From the NCBI RefSeq assembly GCF_902652985.1, contig NC_047020.1, positions 36,022,001-36,086,000 of the forward strand: 64,000 bases of DNA, read 5' to 3'. Shown here piece by piece: positions 51,553 through 63,534 of this stretch (position 1 is the first letter of the stretch; the number at the start of each line of letters is the position of its first letter). Origin of the DNA: Pecten maximus (Eukaryota). The translations under genes were made by a program, and so were the position numbers. The notes beneath the pieces were generated by a model. That model made no database searches, was not told the origin of the DNA, and was given only the letters and a program-made list of their open reading frames with translations.

Positions 51553-54500
51553 TTCGTTCTCCCTAGAAGTGAGACTGCCATAATTCAGGAATGGATTTGT
51601 AATGTTCCAGTAAGTAAACAAACAGTTCACCAGATCGCGTGCAGACTATGTTTGTTTATAAGTAAAACTCGTAAACACACGCCAGTGTCTCTAGTCTGGG
51701 TTTCCCAGCATGGTGAGTGAGGAGGCCCACACCAGCCCCGAATCGTTCTTAGCGTGCGTGAATCTGGGGTAGATTTTGAAAGTCGACATTTGTTTGACGT
51801 TTTGAGACCTAGGAAAAGCTAGAGGAAGTTGGCCAGTCCTGGGTTATTATAGTGGCATCACTCTGAAATGACAAGACCCAGCAACAGGTTTACATATTAC
51901 CTCTATGATTAGTTAAACATGAACATGGTACATCATCGATACGTCAAGTAGGACGCGTACACTTAGATGCCTAAGAATGTACAAAATAACCATAAAAAAT
52001 TAGTTATCGAAAGTTTTAATTCAAGATGATTAGAAATTTATCATATCAGAAAAGGGTCGATTCTATCGAAATCCCAGATTGTCAATCACAGAGCATGCCG
52101 TACAACAAAGGCTTATTGTTAATTGGGATATTTTCAAAGTTTCTAACAGAAAAAAATCTTAATTTAATAGATTTAGGAAAAAGTGGTATTTTTGGCCGAA
52201 CCGTGTTTAAATATCAACAGAATTAATTTACTTTCAATCAACGATCTATTTTTAAGTACACGCGCGGTTTTGACTCTTTAGATGTCTGGAATCTTTTGTT
52301 ATTATCAATAATTTACAAATAAATGAGCGGAAATTAAGATAATTTCTATTGCGCATTCTAAATTTATTTTTTGTTTTTGGCGACAGACGGTTTTCAGTAC
52401 AGAATAGAAGTAGACAGATTATCCTATTTTCTTACGAATGTTTGTTGTTTTAAGGAAACTTTTGCCAAATACCGGTCGGTATAGTCCATCGCCATTGTGC
52501 TGTATTGTTTATATAATACTTAGTACTGTGGCGCGCCTGTCCTTTGTGTACAGGTAATTGACATCACGGAATGTCGCCTATCAACATTGCAAATCCTAAT
52601 GTGATTTATAAATAGACAGTAACCACTCTTAATTATACATAAAACATCTCAATCTTGTTATATCGCCCTTTTACGTTTGACTCAATATTGGCACGCTAAA
52701 ATTGGACATAATCACTGCACATCTTTGTCATCGTCATAATACCGTCATCGATAGGTAGAAAGTGTCTGACAGGCTTTGTTTTGTTGTTCCACATTCCTGT
52801 TTCTTTGTTATTTAAGTCCTTTGTTTTTGAACAATTCGTCTGAAAGGTGTGGTAACGACAACTAATTTGGTGATAAATAAGACTCCTTTTCTTTTTTCTT
52901 TTTTGACTAATTTACTGGATTTTCAAAAACAGAATTCCGGTATTGCATTGTACTTTATCACGAAAATCGTATATTGTTCATGATTTGATTGACAGAGGAA
53001 ATAGGATTGTACTTTCTAACATATTTATCTTGTCAAAGAAAAAAATATTTCAAAACAAAAGAAATCTAAATGTAAAGGATAATTCATGTAAATTTCGTGA
53101 AAGGAATCTTTATCGTTCATGTTCGTTTCTGTAAGAACTTGGGAATTTGTTTCATTTCACTTTTGGCTTGCTCAGTCGTGAAATCAACAACAAAGAACTC
53201 AAGGTGTCAATTTCATTGATCATATGTTGACAACTAATGAATGAAAACAACACCGCCATCTGTTAAAAAGGGCACCGCCAATAGAAGCATCGAAAACAAG
53301 TTGTGCCTTTTTTCTCTCAACAATTACTTGACGAGTTGATATGACAAATGTCCGTTATCAAAAAGTTATTTTCAAGGAAGCCATATACAATTTTTTTAGC
53401 TTGGAAACGTCCAATATAGGCTTAACCTGTTGTCTAATCCATTTATTTAAACATCTTTATGTAATTGTTCATACATGTACGTGCATTACTTGATAATAAA
53501 ATATTTTGAAATGAAAAATACAATTGTATAAGATACTAATTTACATTATCTTATATAAAGCTATTTGACCTCAAGACACTGTTAAAGAAATGTTGTTTCT
53601 CTCCAAACACATCGGATGGCAATGATTATCTACTTATCACATCTCTCAAAGTTCGTGTAACAACTTCACAACCTCCAAATACACATTTAGGATTAAGTTC
53701 GGGAGTCTTGTACGTACAAGTTTATGATTGTTAAACTGCTGATAGTGACGTGTCTACCACTATGACGAAAATTTAAAAATTGTATTTTAATATCAGTATT
53801 ATTCATTCCTGGAAATGAACTGTGATTTGAAAAAAGCGCCCCTTTTCTAGTAAGAATTTTATTATTTTATGATGTAAAATATCTGAAACTATTTCACAGG
53901 TTATAATTAATGATTACGTCATGGTCAGCGATGGTAGCGAAACATTGTACACGCATGCGTAGTGGTATTTAAAATTATCTCGAAGGCGAACAAACATGGT
54001 TCCGTCATAAGTGTGCTGGCTTTAAGCTAAGTTAGCCCGAGACTTACGTAAGTCGAAACGTGCATTGTTTGTCCAGGGCTTTCTAAGCGCGTGGAAGAGT
54101 AATTGTCAATAATCCCGAGTACAAGTTCGGGGCTCCAACACAAACACTTGGGTAGTATCTTTGGCCTTGTGCTAATCACAGGAGATGCCAGCGCGATGGA
54201 TCGTGGAAGCCGACCACGTGTATTACAGCGTCCGGTCTGCACAGTGCATGGACATCAAAATATTATATGGCAACACATGTTTGAAATGTGGCTGTTTGTT
54301 TGTATTAAAAACAACAATAATACAATCTCTTGCCCCCCCCCCCCCCCCCCCCCCCCCCTCAATTATACATAATCCTCATATAAACATCACACATCCTATT
54401 CCAAGATTCTTGAAAACATTTTTATACGACGTATTTAGATTTATCCTTGAATTTACTTATATAGATTTCTGATAAAATTCAAGACTTGGACCTGTAGATC

Positions 54501-56704
54501 TGTTCATTTCAACACAAGTTGCCATTTTGATACAATATATTTAGTAGACATGGCCATTCAACATCGCCGTATTACAGCCCACCAAGGGATGACAGAGGTG
54601 TAGGTTGCTTGCACAAAGAGAAGAATATTGAAAATGTGTCTGAACTATGAGTGAACTTGTCTTTTTGAAATTTCCAAACAACTTTTACATCTTGTCCGTT
54701 ACCGGGGTAACGTGCGTGCGTTCAAATGCTGATATTCTAACAGTTTTACCATTTTTGATAGCATTTAGGTCACTTTTTAGACGCATTTCATTTCTTATAT
54801 TTGGACAAAAACAATTCTGATTGCTTTATTCGACGATACTTAATTCCCGAATGGTAGCTGAAACAAAAGATAGAGTTTCTATGGTAACCATGTACGACAG
54901 GCGACGAACAACACTTGGAAAGCATTCGGGGATTTCCGTCATAATTTTGAACTTGACATGACGTCCGATAGGTTCCTAATTACTGTAGTAGTAGGAACGA
55001 AAGAAACGAACAGTTTCTGATTTAATACAAAATTCACTTAGATTGAAAATTCCATAAAATTTCAATTGCATTTCACCTTTGAATCTAGCAGGCGTTCATT
55101 AACACAGCTACAAGCACAAATAAAAACTCTAAAACTGAGATTAAAATATTTTATCATTTTAATTGTTCTGTCACTGTCAGTTTGTATATGGACAAACGAA
55201 TAAGAAGTGCTTACGACACTCGGCATAACACATTGTCTTCTCAATTTGAATCAATAAAGCTTCAAATATTTGAAGAAAAACAGTAGTCCATTAATCGTTT
55301 AATAGCATTGGCTAATATATAATTAAAACAACAGGAAATGACACAACAGCGTCATTCATTAAACTGACCAGCGGTCAAAATTCTGTCCGCTTTTACTAGA
55401 AATATGGCGGGTAGCTCTAATACTGTCTATGTATAACCAATTTAGCATTAAATGTTGAAAGACCTTTTAGCTGAGGAAAGATACATCGCATAACCTTGAT
55501 TATGTAACATGATATTATGAAATATAACAATTTAACTTCATGACAATTACATCATTTAACTAATCACCATAGTAATAAAGACAAATGTTTAAATTACAGA
55601 TTACAGATGGTTCAAGCTATTATGCTTCAAATAGAATCGCCGTACCGTAGCCGACATATACAAATGTACAACATCGTCAAGGAAGAGAGGATGGCGATTG
55701 TACTTTCAACTGTACCAGGCACTAGATAAGTCTAAATTAGAGGTTTAGCGTATTTATTTTCGTTCTTTACTTATTATGATTTCTTTTTTAAAAGATGAGT
55801 TCCGAATTATTAAGAAATGCATGCAAAATGAAATAATTAAGATTTGGATATTTTGTAAAATACAGTCCAAATAATTGAAAATATCCAATTTTAAGTCAAA
55901 GACATTATATACATATATAGTCATATATTGACCAATGTTTAACTAGCGTATGCCAAAAGAGGAAAGTTGTTTTTCGAAGAAGTCAATATATATAGAATAA
56001 ATTTATTGCATGAACATTTATTGAAGTAAATCCGTCCGATCGAAAATTGCGTTCTCTTGATAAAAATAACAAAATTCAAGTGCTAGAAGGTGCAAATCCT
56101 CATTTGAACCTCCATTAAGCATAAGTATGAACATGGAACGTTTGAATAATTCAGAATTATACATATCTTACTCAAATATCACCATATTCAAATGTCATGA
56201 TAATTGTAATATTGCAAATTAAACAATATCTATCGGTGAAAATGTTATAAACAAATTTTGATTGATCACCAAAAAATTACACAAAATAACTGGCGCAAGT
56301 GTTGTTGCTAACAGATCTTTTCTTCAAACAACGTTCCAACTCTCCCCGCTATAAAACTCTCACCAAATATTCTCATCTCACATCTCATTTCTTTCTCCTT
56401 TCAAACAATGACATTTTTCAATCTTGGCGTCTTTTGTCAGTTTTGTCCGTACAACGCTATATATTCAAATATGATCCCGATTTAGGATGTTTCACTGATA
56501 TATCGGGTTTTCCAGGTCCATGCATTTTCGAATTGAACTATTTTTGTGTTAAGTGTCAAAGAAAGTTCGATATCTAAATTTTGAAAATATGATTTTCGAG
56601 AATTGATCGTATAATGCAAGATAACTATATATTTTCCCCCTTTTATCCATTTAATATTGTTTACGTATACTTGACGTTTTAAGTCTTCGAATCAAACTAG
56701 CCCG

Positions 56705-56817
56705 AGTCCGAGTTTCCTCTTGTCCACTAAACATTAGAGATTTTGACGCTCATGTACCAGACAGCGTCCATCAAAATGTCTAACGTTTGGTGTTTGGTCT
56801 AGAGGAAACTCGGACTA
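56705..56817. mobile_element. Palindromic MITE, TIR AGTCCGAGTTTCCTCT
   Basis: Inverted ends AGTCCGAGTTTCCTCT / AGAGGAAACTCGGACT; same family as 61030-61155. Confidence 0.8.
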
Positions 56818-59212
56818 TCATCATACGGACATTTCACGAATCGCAAATTTCATAAAAGACAAAAGAAACTAAATTGAATAGGATATTTTTTGATTTATTT
56901 AAAGGATCTTTGTTAGGTCTACACACCTAAAAAGACAGACGCCATTACGTCCATAAAATAGGTCACTGCGACCTATTGTGTACAACGTATCCTTCATTTT
57001 ACATTTCATTACAACGCTAATAAAGTAGGTCACACTGACCTAGTTTTGTTTGGCACCAGAGCTAATTTACAATGTACAGAGATATAAAAATTTACAGTTT
57101 GTACAATAAGTGTATGGACAAAATAGACACGTTTCTCGCCAAACTACCAAAATCTCAATCCATCTTCAAGATATGATACAAAACCTTCATTTCTCTCACA
57201 GAATAATTGCATTTTGTATGGGACATCTGTACAATGTACGGATGTGTTATATTGCACCTTTGGAGCTGATCATGACATCATAAAATAAGGGGCATTTCCC
57301 AAAATACCAAAGAAATTTTAATACCAGACCGTAAAATTGTAATAAAGTTGATCTTAAATTAAAAACGTAACAGAAAAATCAGTTCAATATTTAACCATGC
57401 CAAAAAGGTATCAACGTCATTAGAATATCCCAGCCTTCTGACGTCATAATATTCTGACGTCATATCTTTTGTTTTGACAAGTATTCGTCAGTCTGCGAAT
57501 TATGATATTCGATATTTTAGAGGGCACACCTTAAGTGTCATAATCAACATACATTTTGTAGCTATTTGAACAAGCCTCCATTCAGTCAGAGAAACTATTC
57601 GGTAATACAAACAAATGTCAAATCTGACCGCCATTTTGAAATTTACATAACTTTAATTGGTCCACAATACTTGACAAAGTCAGAGAAAGTATCAACAGAA
57701 AAAAATGTAGGGATATTCAGTTAACAAGTATAGAACATAGGATACCATTGAATTTAAAAAAAAAACGGTTAACGCGCATGACAGGAAGTGACAACAACTG
57801 AGACAATTCTTCCGAAACTGACGATTAGTTTCAGCGTTGTAGATTAAACATTTATCAAGCTACACTTTAAAAAATAAAATTATTACGAATTCTTATATAA
57901 CGTTCACACCTATTGTATATTGGGGACCAAAACGACGAATTTTTAAGAAACAAAATTATGTTTCAAAGTCTACAGATATTGGTTAGATCAGGACAAAAAG
58001 TTTGTTAAATTATAACGAACAAGAAAAGATTATGCTTTCTAGACGGAACTTTCCACAACAGGATAGGACGTATATTATTTCATCTGTACCGGAACCGGAA
58101 GTCGATATCAGAATCAACGTGTAATTTGCTGACATAAGGCCAGACTCGTTTCAGTAGTATATGCTTATAGCAAAAAATATATCTTTACCAGTGTAAACAG
58201 ACTGATGTTCGACTATTGTCAAAAAAAAGGTATACACATTTTTCAGAAATACTTGAAAAGTACCTCGTTATCGAATTTGAAAGGAAAATAAACAGAAAAT
58301 ATCAACATAGCACCAATAGAGACAAAGAATCGTGTGATTTAAAGCAGACGAAATCATTAATGTCCACTGTAGTCTGTAGGTAACTAAAAGGGACCATTAG
58401 CTTCACATACCACTAATCTGCATTTGAATATAATATTTCAAACTGGAAATATTAAATGTTCAATAATCATCGAACACATGTTCAAGAAACAATTACAGAT
58501 TCGTCAGATCATAACTGTTCAATTTTATATACATTAATAACAAGTTGGCAATGAAATGGGCATTCGTCTGAGAAAAAACGGAATCAAAAGTATGAGGAAA
58601 TGATTTAGGTGATGAAAACAAATGCGATGATCAAATTGGACAACACTACAATCATAACAATGTTTGACAAAGCCAGCGAGTGAACATTTATGAAAAAAAT
58701 ATTATTGTCTTCCGTTCAAAATATGAGTATCATACAAATTATGTAGCTCGGAAACGCCATAATACGTCATGACGTGGACTATGACGTCACTCATGGCATG
58801 CATCATCACAGGTGCTTCTTTAACTGGAATATCTTTAATAAACGGCCAATGAGAGAGCGTTGATCTATGTCATAGCGATGTCCAATGCCAAAACTATTCA
58901 GAATTTGTTTTCAGATTGTGTTTTAGTTTAGTTTGAAAAATGAATGCCAAATCGCGTGTTTTCTTTTTGACATTGTAGGAATGACAAAAAATATAATTTA
59001 AATCTCATCATGTTCATCAAAATTGAAATGTTTTGAACACTTATGGCACCGGAAGTGACGTTTTTCATGACCAACATTCCTCATCGATTCTTCAGTAAAG
59101 CGAGTGTTTTTGGATAAGAATTTTTAATCACAGATTACAACATTTGTGTTGGAAATGTATGGATGAACATTTCGTACTTAATGTTGTGTTCGGTTCATAC
59201 CTGATAAAATCG

Positions 59213-59244
59213 AATAAATTACAAATAAATAACTATAAATAAAC
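59213..59244 (-). promoter_or_regulatory. Candidate AU-rich element cluster in the FGF 3' UTR
   Basis: Minus strand reads GTTTATTTATAGTTATTTATTTGTAATTTATT (three ATTTA, one TTATTTATT nonamer), about 400 nt after the stop codon. Confidence 0.4.
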
Positions 59245-59629
59245 ACTGTCTGATCACCACAAGTTCTGGGGGAGAGAACGAGACAGATTGCGACATTAAA
59301 ATGATGACGTCACTGCTTATTGTTTATGACGCAAAATCGTATATGAGCACAATAATGGACAGGATTAAGTGTCGCCATAATAGTTTGTCATTGTTGAACA
59401 TATTCAATTACGTCTGCACGAAAATAACGTGTGTTTCCTCCGCTTGCTTCTAACTCTCGAATGAACGACATTTCGTCGGGATGTGACGCCATTACACGAA
59501 CGATCACATTAATCGAGAAGGTTTGTGTTCGGCGTTCCTAACGCCGCCCGAAGTAGCACCTTTTATCATCGGTCAGTCCACGTGAGAACTGACCAGTAGG
59601 CTGGGTCCAAGGAATCCTTAGAGTAGGTT

Positions 59630-60118
59630 TCATGTTGGATGGCGCCGGTGCCGTCTCCGCGTTCGTCTTCTGTTCCGCCTTGACCCCAGATTACACCTTT
59701 CAGCTATTTTTCTAGAGCGGTCTTTTTCTCGTCCAAGACGTTTAAAACAGTTTCTCTTACGAAATTGTTTCAGTTCTCTCACGGATGTCGTAAAGAAATT
59801 CCGTACCACTTTCCTGCAGAATTTTAAATACGTCCGTTTCGGTTTGCACTTTGGCACTGGTTTACCTTCACAGCTACCCGAATTTTCCTCCGGTTTAAAG
59901 TCGCCCATATTAAATAACAGGAATTTCCTCAATTGCCTTCGCTGCTTACAGTCTTTAGCTACTATGGGTTGACCATCACAGTTAAGTCCTACATAAAATG
60001 GCTTCTTATGGTGTCGTAATCGTGAAAGACGGAACACTGTTTTGTTAAAGCTAGAGTCATTGCTCTGAATCCACTGCTGGTTAAATTTGAAACTGCATTC
60101 CATCTCTGTAAATGAATT
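59630..60118 (-). CDS. FGF: FGF coding exon 3 (162 aa + TGA stop), end of core plus basic C-terminal extension
   Basis: Acceptor TTGCAG|AAT, in frame with exon 2; ORF 59630..60124 contains ECSF, FYVGLNCDGQP and an Arg-rich end. Confidence 0.92.
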   Translation of the reverse strand, partial: NSFTEMECSFKFNQQWIQSNDSSFNKTVFRLSRLRHHKKPFYVGLNCDGQPIVAKDCKQRRQLRKFLLFNMGDFKPEENSGSCEGKPVPKCKPKRTYLKFCRKVVRNFFTTSVRELKQFRKRNCFKRLGREKDRSRKIAERCNLGSRRNRRRTRRRHRRHPT

Positions 60119-63100
60119 CTGCAAATCGAAAAGAATACAAAATTAATACAAAAACACAGAAATTACGTCATTTTGAGACTAATACTTTCTAGAAAGTGAG
60201 GTCAGGTACAGATATGACATGGAGAAATTACATAAAGGTTTAATTTGATTTTAACATAACTTCTTTAAACTAGTTTGAACGCATATTGATTATTCATATA
60301 TATGTAATATCTAAACAAGCCAGCCATTTAAGTAGAACTTGGCGATGAAATTTTACGACAATTTCTATAATGTTTCGATATTTGACGTTGTGACGTCATC
60401 ACTTACCTCTGGTGACGCATAAAGTTTCCCCAGTCCACTCATGCATAGAAACATCTGAGTCTCAATGCCTTTAATAACTATGACCATTTTATTATCGATA
60501 TAATGTGGTCTAGTCTCCAACATTGCTGAAATATACAGAAACAAAGACTGTCAGAATATACATTATAGACGTCAAATCGAATGCATAACTAAACAAGATT
60601 TCGTGTATTGTACAGTATAGACGATTATCTTCAGAAGTGTTTTGACTTGGCAGACAGTTTAAAACATATTCTGTGATATGGTTGGTCTGTGTATAATGTA
60701 TCGCTAGCGGAGAAATTCGTCCCACAAATCCTACAAAGTAATTTCAAACACGTGTATACAAGTCAAAAAGCTGAAACACATTTGAACCAAGTACAACCCC
60801 AAGGCTGTCATAATTATATATGTATAAATAAGTGTATACATCGCTTACAATAAACCTTCAATCAAATTAAACCCAAACTCGTTCTCTTTTAATTCATGTT
60901 CCTATTCGTCACCTTACACACAGTTTTGTATATTTTAGGAGAAATAAAGGCAGGGTGAGTTATTGTTTGGATGGGACCAAAAAGGGCGAAATCCAAACAT
61001 GTACCAATGTTAGCAGTCTGCTAGAGAGCTAGTCCGAGTTTCATCTGTCCCCGGCACCAGAGGTTAGACAGTTTGACAACGTACATGAAGATGTTCCATC
61101 TACGTCTGTCAAAATGTCGAACGTCTGGTATTTGGGTCAAAGGAAACTCGGACTAAAATAGAGAGGTTAGGGGGTATGAAAACCGAAAGGGCAGTGCGTT
61201 TGTGAGATGGGTGGAATAAAGGGGAGGAATATAGAATGGAATGAGAGAAGGAAGGATCAAAGGAATTAACGAAGGGTGGAGCCAACAAAGAATGCCTAAA
61301 ACTATATCCATTATAGTAAATACACTTGTACCACGAGTTGCTATCTGTCGTTATCGCTGTATACAACATACGTTACTGTACAGCTACTAAAACTGATAAA
61401 TCCTAACCACCCTAGGCACAAAGTACACCAACTTATTATAAACTGGTCACATCTAACTCACAAATCTCAATTTTGATTTTCCTTTAAAAATACCAGTGTG
61501 TTAATGACAATATGTTGCAAAGTAAAAAGTATATCGATAGATTCTTTGCTGAATTTGTGAGCTGTAAGATACAAACTTTCCTATGTCTACTTTCGATTTC
61601 TAAGGCCCAGTCTGATATATGGGACTCTCTGTATAAAATTTAGCAGGCCAGCACAAATTCAGCCGATTATACAAGAAATATATATATATCTACTCTATCT
61701 ACATATATATGCGTGTGTATGTGTGTGTGTGATATGTATGTATTATTATGGAAACTGCTGGAGCCCACTGAAGAGATGTGCTACTGGAATCGCTTACAAT
61801 TAAATAACTAATCAATCCATATCATCTCTCCTGCATTACTGAAACACATTGACCTCCAACCTCTGCCGGCAATTTAAAGGGTGTGTGTACACGTGTGTTT
61901 GTAGACGAACAGTACTTTACTGATACCAAGCCGCCCCTTTAACCACGTCGAGCTCACGTCGACAAATCAACGCTTGAAAAAAAAAAACTTACGAGTAAAC
62001 GAGGCTAAAAAACTTTTTTACGCAATCTTAAGTTTATATCCTAAAAAAATCCAGTTTTCGCGTGAAATAAAGGATGGAAGTCTGGCGTTTGTTCCTGTAG
62101 GAACACCAACAGGTGTTACCATCAACAACAATGGTTGTGTTTCTTAAATCAATTGTCAAGTTTTTGGAGCACACTTTTTTTTTAAAGAAAAATTATGAAG
62201 ATATATAGACATTGCACCAAATCACCGAACATTAACAGAACCATGAGAAAAGAGTTGGTACGGGATGACCTTGAACTGGTACGGGATGACCTTGAACTGA
62301 AACCTAAGGGGTTCACTTCAAAGGATATACTATCGGGGAGGGTATGCAGCGAGGGAACGGCTGAGAGGGAGATCGGAAGGGGCGCTACAGGCATTGGAAG
62401 ACAAACAACTCGGGCTATCTTATACAGTTTTAAAGATACGATTGGGAGTTGCAAAACGAAAACTGAAAGTAGAGCTATTATTAGTTTGAGTGTATTCGCT
62501 TCAATCGTGTATTTCAGATTTAATTGAAAACATATACGTAAAATACATTTTCTTAGCTAGTTTTCTAAATACAGATATTGTTGTTGGCATACCGAAACCC
62601 AGTGAACAAATATTGGCTGTTCTTCACACCGACAGTTGCTTAATTGCGGGCCAAGGTATATACCGTATCGTACCTAGTTTGTGCCTGGTAACATTCATCC
62701 TCCATATCAAGTTTTCAATTCGAAATATTGTACATACTATAAAGAAAAATGATGCGAGCGTTATATACGCTGAACTTTACTTATCGAGCTATACTTCTCA
62801 GGAATGCAGTATCTTTATTGTTTAATCATCGGATTATGACATATAATCACGTGATCCCGATTCGGTATTCCTATAAAATCGTTTACAACGTAGAAAAAGA
62901 TATCGCAAAATGGCATATTTTTGGAAGAAAAGATCATTCGGGAAAATTTGAACAGTATTTACTGCAACGGGTTGGTAAAAAAAAACCTGAAAACGAATCT
63001 TGGATGTACCTTCTGCCAAAAACACTTCTAAAAGGAAACCGAGGATGGTTTTGAGAATCCTATTTCGAAGGAAATCAGTTGTTATTGTACAGCGAAACCC

Positions 63101-63534
63101 CAGAAAAGCGAAACTGTTAAATCGCAAAGTAAACTCTTTGGAATGAAAAGGAGGTGTTAGGAAGACAATTGTCAACATGGTTTAGGTATATATATTGGCA
63201 ATATCTGGCGTAAAAGTCAGTATGTTTGAAAAGTCTAAGAAGAATGAGAATACTCACCATATCTGGACGACCGACACTTCGTACCGTTGATGGTCCCGTC
63301 AGAATTTATCTGTAACAGCATGACGTCATTAATAGCGATGAAAACTGACCCCTCGTTTACACGAGGCTCCCAATCAAAACGCTCATTCTTTAGGGCTTCA
63401 CGTGCGTCCGGGTGTCCGTTCATATACGACATACTCGTTCCGGTGGGGAAATGGGTAAGCAGGCACAAGAGTACGAAAGCCAAAGTCGTGAAGTGGTCTA
63501 CTCCGGGGATAGATTGTGTAACATGCGAGGTCAT
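59630..63534 (-). CDS. FGF: Fibroblast growth factor family protein, 3 coding exons (63534-63258, 60525-60407, 60118-59630), 294 aa, probably secreted; subfamily uncertain
   Basis: Manual splicing gives an open frame with FGF core motifs LLQINSDGTINGT, VIVIKGIETQMFLCMSGLGKLYAS, ECSF and FYVGLNCDGQP. Both introns are GT-AG (donors GTGAGT, GTAAGT; acceptors TTTCAG, TTGCAG) with phases 1 and 0, matching the classic FGF three-exon layout. Hydrophobic N-terminal segment FTTLAFVLLCLLTHF. Confidence 0.93.
60407..60525 (-). CDS. FGF: FGF coding exon 2 (119 nt)
   Basis: Not in the ORF track. Acceptor TTTCAG|CA and donor GAG|GTAAGT. Translates (A)MLETRPHYIDNKMVIVIKGIETQMFLCMSGLGKLYASPE, the hallmark FGF IKG.ET..FLCM...GKLY segment. 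Confidence 0.93.
61030..61155. mobile_element. Palindromic MITE in FGF intron 1, flanked by TA
   Basis: TAGTCCGAGTTTC ... GAAACTCGGACTA with further internal complementarity. Confidence 0.82.
62257..62298. repeat. 21-bp perfect tandem duplication in FGF intron 1
   Basis: GGTACGGGATGACCTTGAACT twice. Confidence 0.85.
63258..63534 (-). CDS. FGF: FGF coding exon 1 (92 codons + 1 nt): signal-peptide-like segment and first core strands
   Basis: ORF 63235..63534 reads MTSHVTQ...QINSDGTINGTKCRSSRY; donor G|GTGAGT at 63258/63257. The ATG at 63534 is the likely start, but an upstream exon is not excluded. Confidence 0.88.

Noticed and set aside
51451-51720. Poly-Gly ORF (and poly-Pro ORFs at 54103-54472)
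   Set aside because: Derived from homopolymer G or C tracts.
59500-59632. Selenocysteine/readthrough at the FGF TGA stop
   Set aside because: An in-frame TAA follows after three codons, and the nearby ATGA lacks SECIS-like spacing to an AA loop.
62182-62527. ORFs within FGF intron 1
   Set aside because: No recognisable domain; partly explained by a 21-bp duplication; not needed for the FGF reading frame.
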